A DNA stretch of 44,154 nucleotides from a virus (lineage: Duplodnaviria > Caudoviricetes): positions 1 through 44,154 of the IMG/VR virus record IMGVR_UViG_3300030397_000609; one strand, 5' to 3'. The notes below the pieces were generated by a model. That model was not told the origin of the DNA. It did not search any database and saw only the letters and a list, made by a program, of their open reading frames with translations. Shown here piece by piece: positions 7,795 to 15,096 of this stretch. A program made the position numbers and the translations under genes. The first letter of the stretch is position 1. Each line of letters opens with the position of its first letter.

Positions 7795-8022
7795 ATGATG
7801 AAATTTTCTGATTGTTGTTGTCGCGATATGGCGATGAATGGAGAAAGGGTTGGATGGAAGTATTGTCCGTGGTGTGGAACAAACAGAAAAAAGGTTTTCA
7901 AGCTGAAGGAAAACAGGTTTACCATCAAAAATGATGGGGACATTGTGGGGATCGAGCATGTAAATGGGGATAACAAGGGGTTTATGTGGGTGGCAAAGGA
8001 GGAGATTGAGGAGATACCATGA
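7795..8022 (+). CDS. Zinc-ribbon protein (paralog of 42482..42736)
   Basis: CC...YCPWCGT...W..E.IEEIP. Confidence 0.65.
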   Translation: MMKFSDCCCRDMAMNGERVGWKYCPWCGTNRKKVFKLKENRFTIKNDGDIVGIEHVNGDNKGFMWVAKEEIEEIP

Positions 8023-8156
8023 ACAGGCGCATTATCCGCACGGCTATAACCAAGCTCCGCAAGGGGTATGGAAACAAGAAATTCTGGTATTTAATGGAGC
8101 AGCATCACTATAGATGGTTTAAGAGGCATTATTCAGGAGAACGCTGTGACCCTTGA
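8019..8156 (+). CDS. Small basic hypothetical protein
   Basis: 45-aa ORF with GAGGAG SD and ATGA overlap. Confidence 0.45.
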   Translation: MNRRIIRTAITKLRKGYGNKKFWYLMEQHHYRWFKRHYSGERCDP

Positions 8157-8328
8157 GCGGTTTGATATAAAAACAGGCAAGCGTCAGAAGATCGACCTTA
8201 CGAACCGTCCTACCCTAAAGCAGATCATTGCCAAGATGCGTAGGGATCAGGAGGCGCTTGACAGGGCTGTTGCTGACATGGAAGATCGGATAAAGGAGAT
8301 CGAGGCATGGATAGAGAAGATACGTTAG
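8146..8328 (+). CDS. Small coiled-coil hypothetical protein
   Basis: GTG start, AGGAG SD. Confidence 0.55.
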   Translation: MTLERFDIKTGKRQKIDLTNRPTLKQIIAKMRRDQEALDRAVADMEDRIKEIEAWIEKIR

Positions 8329-8427
8329 GGCCGCATATAGGACTTAATTTTTGTCTTGATGTGAAAATTTCAAGTTGCCAAAAGTGCTCTCTTTAAGTAC
8401 TCCCCCCAAGTATTAGCAGGTCGCAGG

Positions 8428-8469
8428 GCCAGCCAGCCAGCAGGCCAGACCGCCAGACCGCCAGCCAGA
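8428..8469 (+). repeat. Short GCCAG tandem repeat tract
   Basis: gccagccagccagcaggccagaccgccagaccgccagccag in a non-coding gap. Confidence 0.7.
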
Positions 8470-8475
8470 TTTGCC

Positions 8476-8499
8476 GTACAAAGGTGTATAGTTTTGTAC
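8476..8499. promoter_or_regulatory. 24-bp quasi-palindromic site 1
   Basis: GTACAAAGGTGTATAGTTTTGTAC; related copies at 12241, 13511 and 13551. Confidence 0.7.
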
Positions 8500-8623
8500 A
8501 CCGACCAAAAAAAAATCGGTGGTCACGGACATTTTTATACTTGATTGTATGTCATGCCATATATAACTTGTATGAACGGCGTTTTCTCTATCATTCACAG
8601 TCAAGTTTCAAGGGGGGTCCAAG

Positions 8624-9118
8624 ATGTCTAATCCACATGCTGACAACAAACGTAATACGCTCGATCCTATGTATCATTTAGGTAACCACGAGGTGTTGAT
8701 TACCTGGGTTTGTGACGGTGATACGGTGTCATACTGTCGTTATGATGGCAGTTATGACAATACGGAAGATGTGTATTTCTTCCTTCTTAATGATTCAGAC
8801 AGTTACATCCAGGATCGCCTTAACCGTGGTAAGCGCATTGTTGGCGCTTACACTATCGTGCAAGTCTTTCATTGGTACAAAAAACTGGTAAAACGCGCAC
8901 AGGATCAGCGGACGTATAGCGGCCACAAAATTAGAAGCAATGCGGATGCCCTGGTTGTTGACTGGCGCGCGCTGTGCTGCTGGGCCGATGAATCAGGTTT
9001 TGTGGTGGATGATGTGCAAGAGTCTACAAAATACGATGACGGGCACAGGGATTATTTAGTGTATTATCATATCCCTGGACTGCGTCCGTCCCATGAATCC
9101 ACTATTTACAGTGAATAA
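8624..9118 (+). CDS. Hypothetical early protein
   Basis: 164-aa ORF, GGGGGG RBS. Confidence 0.7.
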   Translation: MSNPHADNKRNTLDPMYHLGNHEVLITWVCDGDTVSYCRYDGSYDNTEDVYFFLLNDSDSYIQDRLNRGKRIVGAYTIVQVFHWYKKLVKRAQDQRTYSGHKIRSNADALVVDWRALCCWADESGFVVDDVQESTKYDDGHRDYLVYYHIPGLRPSHESTIYSE

Positions 9119-9129
9119 GGGGGTGGTAA

Positions 9130-9288
9130 ATGCGTAAAATCAAGCGGGCTGTTGCGGCTGGCCGTTATGATCGGGCGCAATGGCTTTCAATCCGCAGGGC
9201 GTCACGAGAATTACAATATAAGAAAACCGTGGCGCTTCACATCACAATATCCGACACACTTACTTTATTTGATTTTTTGGGGGGTTAA
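9130..9288 (+). CDS. Small hypothetical protein
   Basis: 52-aa ORF with GGGGG RBS filling the gap. Confidence 0.5.
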   Translation: MRKIKRAVAAGRYDRAQWLSIRRASRELQYKKTVALHITISDTLTLFDFLGG

Positions 9289-9291
9289 CTC

Positions 9292-10452
9292 ATGCACAGC
9301 GGACGCAGTATAATCGAAATTGCCCAGCAGATCCAGGATGAAAAAGAGCGTCAACAGGATTATCACGTTGACACAAGGGCGTTGTCCATCGAATTACAGG
9401 GTACGCCTGAAGCGCCCGACTTTCGCTTGTCGGTGGATAATTCGCCTGGATACGCCCTGACGGATATTAGCGAGCGCCAGATTGCCAAGTTCGCGCACAT
9501 TCCGCGCGGACCTGGCAAGGGCGCTGCATACTACCAGTATTTACGCTCAACCGATCCTGAAGCTCTGCAATATGTTTTAAATCGTGAATTGTCACGCACG
9601 GCTGGCCGTGACCGTTCTACACGGCTGCTGCGTACACTGCGGGATGATGGTAACGGTGTTGCGCGTGCTTTCCTTTCTGATAAGTTTGCGTTAGGTCGTG
9701 ACAATTACGACCTGTTCGAACACATCGGCCCGGCGTTACAGGAAAAAGGTGTGTGGGTTAAATCGTGTGATCTTACTGAATCCAGGCTATATTTGAAGGG
9801 CGTTAACGCTGCCCAATCCTTCGCCCTGGATAACGGCGCTGTGTCTCCTCTCACGGATACGGAATTGAGCATGATTATGTCGGGACAGAACACACGCCCT
9901 GAACGTGACATACACGTGTCAAGTGTCGTTATTAGCAACTCTGAAGTAGGCCTGGGTTCCTTGTCAATCGAACCAGGCATAGCACGGGTGTGGTGTTACA
10001 ACCTTTCGATCATTTCCGAAGGTGCTATGCGGAAACGTCACGTTTCCAAAAAGGTGGATCTTCGGGACGAAAACGGCGAAATTCCCGCACATTTTACGGT
10101 TGAAACCCAAAACGCAGTTGATCAAGCCTTCTGGTTATCGGCCCGTGACAATTTGAACCATGCCCTATCTGACGACATGTTCAATGAATACGGGCGCAAG
10201 CTCGCGGTTGCCCAGGGTGTCAACGCTACAGATGCCCTGGGTGTTGATGATCCGATCAAAGTCGTTGACATAACGGCACAGCGGCACGAATTGACAGACG
10301 GCGAGAAAAGCCTTGTACTGGACGAATGGTTCAAGTTGTCTGACAAGTCGTTGTTTGGTCTTTCTAACGGTGTGACGGCTGCGGCTGCCCGTGTTGAGTC
10401 GTATGACCGTAGCACAGAGTTAGAACGGATTGCCTGGTCACTGGTTGGTTAA
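9292..10452 (+). CDS. DUF932-family phage/plasmid protein
   Basis: LLRTL...ARAFLSDKF..DNYDL...SCDLTESRLYLK...ISNSEVGLGSLSIEP..RVWCYNL. Confidence 0.85.
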   Translation: MHSGRSIIEIAQQIQDEKERQQDYHVDTRALSIELQGTPEAPDFRLSVDNSPGYALTDISERQIAKFAHIPRGPGKGAAYYQYLRSTDPEALQYVLNRELSRTAGRDRSTRLLRTLRDDGNGVARAFLSDKFALGRDNYDLFEHIGPALQEKGVWVKSCDLTESRLYLKGVNAAQSFALDNGAVSPLTDTELSMIMSGQNTRPERDIHVSSVVISNSEVGLGSLSIEPGIARVWCYNLSIISEGAMRKRHVSKKVDLRDENGEIPAHFTVETQNAVDQAFWLSARDNLNHALSDDMFNEYGRKLAVAQGVNATDALGVDDPIKVVDITAQRHELTDGEKSLVLDEWFKLSDKSLFGLSNGVTAAAARVESYDRSTELERIAWSLVG

Positions 10453-10458
10453 TAACCT

Positions 10459-10488
10459 GACGCCCTGGGGTTCCCCTGGGGCGTTTTT
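10459..10488 (+). terminator. Intrinsic terminator
   Basis: ACGCCC...GGGCGT GC-rich hairpin followed by a T-run, just after the DUF932 stop. Confidence 0.65.
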
Positions 10489-10504
10489 CATATGGGGGTG
10501 TAAA

Positions 10505-10825
10505 ATGTCCGTTGAAGCCGTAAAACACGCGATAAAGATCATTACGAATGAAATTCCCGATCCTGACCTTCAGGATCGCTGCAATGCGTACGATGCGTTG
10601 CATGGTCTTCTCAGGGACGTAGAAATATACACTGAATCCCTGGGCATAACTGAAGCGCAACTCCTTTCCCTGGTTAGGTGCTTCCTTCGGTACGATAAAA
10701 TAGAATGGCGTAAATCCGATATGCTTGGGTGTGTGTCCGTACAAACGTACTATCGGGACGATGACGGCAACATGCAACCGTCCATTTTCCTCGGGATAGA
10801 GCCTGACGGCTATACTCATTCTTAG
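10505..10825 (+). CDS. Hypothetical protein
   Basis: GGGGG RBS, 106 aa. Confidence 0.65.
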   Translation: MSVEAVKHAIKIITNEIPDPDLQDRCNAYDALHGLLRDVEIYTESLGITEAQLLSLVRCFLRYDKIEWRKSDMLGCVSVQTYYRDDDGNMQPSIFLGIEPDGYTHS

Positions 10826-10834
10826 GGGGGGCGT

Positions 10835-11431
10835 ATGATCGTGCAACATGGCAATAAAAAATTAGGCCGTATACCTAACGTTTCCCTTGTGCCGTTGGGG
10901 TCGTGCATTAATACGGATCATTGTAAAGATCTGTGTTACGCGCTCCGTTTAATGATGTATAGACCTACAGCGCGTAAATCCTGGGTGCGTAATTTGCGGA
11001 TCGCTCGCGGGATGCCTGGGGCCTTTTTCGCTGCGATAAAGGCGGCGCTGTACAATACCAGGTTGTTCCGTATACATGTGGCCGGCGATTACTTTTCACG
11101 GTCGTATTTCGGGCGCTGGCTACAGATCGCAACCGATCACCCCGGCGTCAAGTTTTTGTCATACACAAGATCACCGCTGGCCCTGGGTAGGCTGCCGAAC
11201 AATTTTATTTTATACGCTTCGGTGTTTCCAGGTGAAACGCCAGTACGTTCCGATCTTCCTATTGCGTTTTCTTCCCCTGGCATGGATCCCCATGTGTTTG
11301 GGTCATTGTCTGACCGTGCATCAAAGGCGTATCAATGCAAGCACGATAGGGACAAAACGCCTTGTGACGTGTGCCAACATTGTTTCACGGGTGAAGATGT
11401 CATATTCGAATTAAGGGGGCGTAAAAAATGA
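10835..11431 (+). CDS. GP88-like protein (Cys-rich, radical-SAM-like phage family)
   Basis: GNKKLG...SC...C...CYA...FRIHVAGDYFS...YTRS...C..C..C. Confidence 0.8.
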   Translation: MIVQHGNKKLGRIPNVSLVPLGSCINTDHCKDLCYALRLMMYRPTARKSWVRNLRIARGMPGAFFAAIKAALYNTRLFRIHVAGDYFSRSYFGRWLQIATDHPGVKFLSYTRSPLALGRLPNNFILYASVFPGETPVRSDLPIAFSSPGMDPHVFGSLSDRASKAYQCKHDRDKTPCDVCQHCFTGEDVIFELRGRKK

Positions 11432-11757
11432 ATACGATTAATCCTGTGATACTGGGTTTTCAAAACCTGCGTGATATGATAGATGATGCGATAGAACGCA
11501 ATGAAATACGTTTTCATTATGATGCGGGTCACGGGTGGCTATATATCCCCTGGCGCTTCGTACATAATACCATTTATGATCGGTCAATAAATCATAGCTA
11601 CTATGATGATCACGGTGTTTATTTTGAAGAGGATTGCGACATGGCTACATTTATGCGGTGTCGCTATGGGGTGTTCGCGTACAAGCATCCTGCGATAACA
11701 AGCGTATACGATGGTGATACTTCGCGTATACGGTCATTAAAGCGTTATGAGGCCTAG
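11428..11757 (+). CDS. Conserved phage hypothetical protein (DxGHGWL...YxEEDCD family)
   Basis: DAGHGWLYIP...SYY...VYFEEDCD motifs. Confidence 0.7.
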   Translation: MNTINPVILGFQNLRDMIDDAIERNEIRFHYDAGHGWLYIPWRFVHNTIYDRSINHSYYDDHGVYFEEDCDMATFMRCRYGVFAYKHPAITSVYDGDTSRIRSLKRYEA

Positions 11758-11767
11758 GGGGTGTATA

Positions 11768-12094
11768 ATGACTAAAAAGTGTATGTACTGCCGAAGGATC
11801 TTGCGTGGTGGTACCTGGCGCAGCATAGTGTCCAGTGACAAAGGGACGTTAGAACGTGGTGTAACGCATGGGATATGCCCAGACTGTGTGTGTGTGCCAT
11901 ACTCAGAATTTGACGACCACACGTTGCGCGAACGGGCGAACATGGTCATCGAAACGCTGCGTACACTCAACCTGGATGATGCGGAGATAATAGAAACACT
12001 GGATCGTAGTGCCCGTAATGGTGCAACAGTGCGAATTAAAAATGTCGCACATGCGGGTCTTAAGATACTGGGGGCTACCCATGAAACTGAATGA
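11768..12094 (+). CDS. Zinc-finger hypothetical protein
   Basis: CMYC...THGICPDC. Confidence 0.65.
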   Translation: MTKKCMYCRRILRGGTWRSIVSSDKGTLERGVTHGICPDCVCVPYSEFDDHTLRERANMVIETLRTLNLDDAEIIETLDRSARNGATVRIKNVAHAGLKILGATHETE

Positions 12095-12233
12095 CCATAG
12101 GACAACCGTATATATCCCTCGTGATTTGTGGAAGTGGGTAAGGTCGCATTGCCTGGATAGGGGGATTACGGCTGCGGAACTCATACGGCGCTGCCTGCAA
12201 AGGTATAAGGACAGTTTTAAAGATCGCACTTGA
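12081..12233 (+). CDS. Ribbon-helix-helix (CopG/Arc-like) regulator
   Basis: RTTVYIPRDLWKWVRSHCLDRGITAAELIRRCL. Confidence 0.75.
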   Translation: MKLNDHRTTVYIPRDLWKWVRSHCLDRGITAAELIRRCLQRYKDSFKDRT

Positions 12234-12264
12234 CAAAAGTGTATAAAACTATATAGTATTGTAC
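12230..12264 (+). promoter_or_regulatory. Sigma70-type promoter overlapped by 24-bp palindromic site 2
   Basis: TTGACA (12230) -16 nt- TATAGT; GTATAAAACTATATAGTATTGTAC at 12241-12264. Confidence 0.65.
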
Positions 12265-12300
12265 AAAGGCCCACGGTGTGACAACTGTGGGCCTTTTTTT
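12265..12300 (+). terminator. Intrinsic terminator
   Basis: AGGCCCACGG-loop-CTGTGGGCCT followed by a T-run. Confidence 0.85.
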
Positions 12301-12326
12301 GTGCCCATACCACACAAGGGAACAAC

Positions 12327-12653
12327 ATGCCGAACAATCTAATGTGTCAAATTCCTGCCGATCTAAAAAAGTCCCTGGATGGCTACATAGAAAAGAATGA
12401 TGTGACCATATCAGAAGCTGTAAGTAAAGCTATAACGCATCTAATTGAGGATGCACCACAAGATCTACATACGGCCGACATCACCCATATAGATAAACGT
12501 AATATACTGAAGGTTGTGGCCGATCCTGACGGCGAACCGATAGATGTACGCAATCCTGCTTTCCTCAAAGCCTGTAAGCATCTCCTTTTTACACACGGGA
12601 AGCAAGGATATGTCTTCGATCACGACAACAAACAGGTTATGGTGATCCGATAG
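12327..12653 (+). CDS. RHH-domain protein
   Basis: NLMCQIPADLKKSLDGYIEKNDVTISEAVSKAITHLI. Confidence 0.6.
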   Translation: MPNNLMCQIPADLKKSLDGYIEKNDVTISEAVSKAITHLIEDAPQDLHTADITHIDKRNILKVVADPDGEPIDVRNPAFLKACKHLLFTHGKQGYVFDHDNKQVMVIR

Positions 12654-13213
12654 TGCATACTCCCGAAACTATAAGGCTTTTCCTTACTGCCTGCCTCGCC
12701 TTTCCAGGTGACCGCCCCAACAATAAACTTATATCCGATACCGTGGGCATAGATCACGCTACAGGTATACGCTGGTGGGCCGAATACACAGAATCTCACA
12801 CTGTCAATAACAGGCCATACGAAATAAGCCAGGATGAAGTGGACGAATACTTCAATGAAGTGTGGAAGCGCGACAAACACGAAACATACCTTAGACTCAG
12901 GCAAATCAACGATAAAGCCCTGGACTGGCTCGACCACACTGCGGAACATAGACCAGGTGACTATGCAGCAAATGATTTTCAACGTATTGCAAACGGCTTC
13001 CAGACACTGATAAGAGCGCAAGGGGATATACAAGGCCAGTCAATGGGAGCCGTAAAGGTTGAACATACCCACAAAGGACAAATAAGCCATAACGTGGTGG
13101 TATTGCCCCAGCTACAGCCAGGTGCAAAGCCAGAACAACTGAAAGAACAGTACGAAGTGTTCAAGCAACAGACGGCACAGATAGCCGAACAACATAGCGA
13201 TAGCGAACCGTAA
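12653..13213 (+). CDS. terS: Putative terminase small subunit
   Basis: N-terminal HTH-like segment, helical core, C-terminal KVEHTHKGQI..VVVLPQ beta tail; lies upstream of terL. Confidence 0.55.
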   Translation: MHTPETIRLFLTACLAFPGDRPNNKLISDTVGIDHATGIRWWAEYTESHTVNNRPYEISQDEVDEYFNEVWKRDKHETYLRLRQINDKALDWLDHTAEHRPGDYAANDFQRIANGFQTLIRAQGDIQGQSMGAVKVEHTHKGQISHNVVVLPQLQPGAKPEQLKEQYEVFKQQTAQIAEQHSDSEP

Positions 13214-13510
13214 GGCGCTACAACAGGCGGAGGCAACACAAAGGCAGGGCACATGGCATAGGTGTATTTAGCCAGGGCACATTTAACCAGGCGTATTTAG
13301 CTCACTCGCTCGGCTGCTGGGTGCGCTCTCTTTAAGTGTGGGCTGCCTGGTCGGCCTGTAGGCTGCTGCTCCCTGCCGCCCCTGCTTGGCTGCCTGGTGG
13401 TGCAATGTACGCGCGTATGATCATATCAAGTTTACATAATACTTATTATACGTAGTGGCATAAGGATGGGCACAATGAACCAACCGTATGGAGCACAAGG
13501 GCTTGCAGGT

Positions 13511-13574
13511 GTACAAAGGTATATAGATGTGTACGCTGCGTCGCCTGGCCGTACAAAGGTATATAGCCTTGTAC
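13511..13574. promoter_or_regulatory. 24-bp quasi-palindromic sites 3 and 4 (40-bp spacing)
   Basis: GTACAAAGGTATATAGATGTGTAC and GTACAAAGGTATATAGCCTTGTAC. Confidence 0.75.
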
Positions 13575-13765
13575 ATCGGATCGGCACCCTGCGCGTTCAA
13601 TGGGAACCCATTTGGAATATCACCACATCTGCTCAGGGGTTAGCCCTTACGTTTTTACGTTGTTGTAGACTATAGTCGATCTGGCAGCGTAAGTGTTAAA
13701 TTTGTGTAGCGGTACTTGCCCCCTGGGCGACTGAGACTAAGTTGTTTATTTGGAGTGGGATAAAA

Positions 13766-14122
13766 ATGACGGTTGACTCAACAGTAGGAAATCACTTACG
13801 CCGATATATCCGTCCTCGGTTGCGGGTCATCCTTACAGCGTGGGAGGGTTTAGAGCCTGGGCCACTAAAGAGGCGTTTTCGCTATCCTGGCTTGCGTCGT
13901 CGTGTACGTCGCCGTGGCATGCCGTGGACGGATCGGGATATTTTTGAGTTGAATCGGGAGTTTGTTCGTTATCGGGATGGGTACAAGTGTGTGAATTGCG
14001 GCAGTGTTGAGAATTTGACAACGCATCATATTGTTCCCCGTTGTCATGGGGAGCCGAACGATCACAGTTGTGAGAATTTGGTAACTTTATGTTGGCCGTG
14101 TCATCGCCGTCGTCATCACTAA
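13766..14122 (+). CDS. HNH endonuclease (packaging-associated)
   Basis: RDGYKCVNCG...HHIVPR...NLVTLCWPCH; start uncertain. Confidence 0.85.
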   Translation: MTVDSTVGNHLRRYIRPRLRVILTAWEGLEPGPLKRRFRYPGLRRRVRRRGMPWTDRDIFELNREFVRYRDGYKCVNCGSVENLTTHHIVPRCHGEPNDHSCENLVTLCWPCHRRRHH

Positions 14123-14134
14123 AGGGGACATATT

Positions 14135-14248
14135 ATGGGACGGAAGGTATTGAAGTTGGGTGTTATAGATGTTACTGGTGGCAAGGTGGTAACTGGGAAG
14201 CGTAGCAGTACGACAGGGAAAGTTATATTGAAGGGCAAGAAGGGTTAA
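14135..14248 (+). CDS. Small basic peptide
   Basis: 37-aa ORF, AGGGG SD, TAATG coupling to the methyltransferase. Confidence 0.4.
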   Translation: MGRKVLKLGVIDVTGGKVVTGKRSSTTGKVILKGKKG

Positions 14249-14850
14249 TGCGCGTTCTTGTCGCCTGTGAATTTTCGGGCATTGTACGGGATGCGTTTAT
14301 TTGTTGTGGTCATGAAGCGTTAAGTTGTGATCTTCTTCCTACTGAGGTTCCTGGGCCGCATTATGAGGGTGATGTCATGGATATACTGGATGACGGTTGG
14401 GATTTAATTGTGGCTCACCCTCCCTGTCGGTTTTTGTCGAACAGTGGTGTTCAGTGGTTACATAAGGAGGAGGGTCGTTGGGAGAGGATGCGGACTGCGG
14501 CAAATTTTTTCAACAGGTTTTTGGATGTATCGTGTTCTGTCTGCATTGAGAATCCTGTTCAGCATAAATATGCGAGGGATCTGATTGTTTCCCCAACGCA
14601 GTATGTTCAGCCTTATTATTTTGGTGATCGTTCGAGTAAGAAGACGGGGTTATGGTTGCGGGGGTTGCCATTGCTTGAGCCTACAGACGTTGTTGAGCCT
14701 TCTATGGTGTCTTACAGGACAAAGCGCGGCGTAAGGCGTTTCAGTGCTGACTATGGGGTTCAGTATGGTGAGGCGGGAAGACGAAGGCGTTCTCGGTTTT
14801 ACCCTGGCATGGCGAGAGCTATGGCAGAACAATGGGGTATGGGGCGTTAG
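14248..14850 (+). CDS. Phage DNA cytosine methyltransferase (short type)
   Basis: MRVLVACEFSGIVRDAF...SCDLLP...WDLIVAHPPC...IENP...KKTGLWL...MAEQWG. Confidence 0.85.
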   Translation: MRVLVACEFSGIVRDAFICCGHEALSCDLLPTEVPGPHYEGDVMDILDDGWDLIVAHPPCRFLSNSGVQWLHKEEGRWERMRTAANFFNRFLDVSCSVCIENPVQHKYARDLIVSPTQYVQPYYFGDRSSKKTGLWLRGLPLLEPTDVVEPSMVSYRTKRGVRRFSADYGVQYGEAGRRRRSRFYPGMARAMAEQWGMGR

Positions 14851-14858
14851 CCCCACTG

Positions 14859-14893
14859 GGCCGCCACCTGCTGGGCGGCTATAATGCAGCAGG
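14859..14893 (+). other. H-type RNA pseudoknot
   Basis: S1 GGCCGCC/GGCGGCU, L1 A, S2 CCUGCUG/CAGCAGG, L3 AUAAUG. Confidence 0.65.
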
Positions 14894-14972
14894 GAGTTCT
14901 ACAAGCGGAGATCCCTGTAGGTGTGCGGAGGGTGCGTCCTGACCGCGTAAGCCTACGGGGATGAATATGGTT

Positions 14973-15015
14973 TAAGGCGGTAGGTGCCTATCACACCTGT
15001 ATGCCGTCTTTTTTT
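14973..15015 (+). terminator. Probable intrinsic terminator upstream of terL
   Basis: Imperfect AGGCGG..GGTG/CACC..GCCGTCT hairpin followed by a T7 run. Confidence 0.5.
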
Positions 15016-15096
15016 GTGCAAGGGCATCGCGTTGCACAATATGGGCGAGCGGGGGGTCGCTGGACGGCCCCCTGCCATGACCCCTTTAGGAGGGTT

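Noticed and set aside
8541-8567. Sigma70 promoter for the early cassette (TTGATT...TATAAC)
   Set aside because: Spacing is only 15 nt; plausible but not well enough supported to call
14880-14935. Twister ribozyme (UAAUGCAGC...UACAAGC words)
   Set aside because: I could not build P1 or a proper GA plus T1 pairing, and the segment is already used by the pseudoknot and hairpin. cmscan would settle it.
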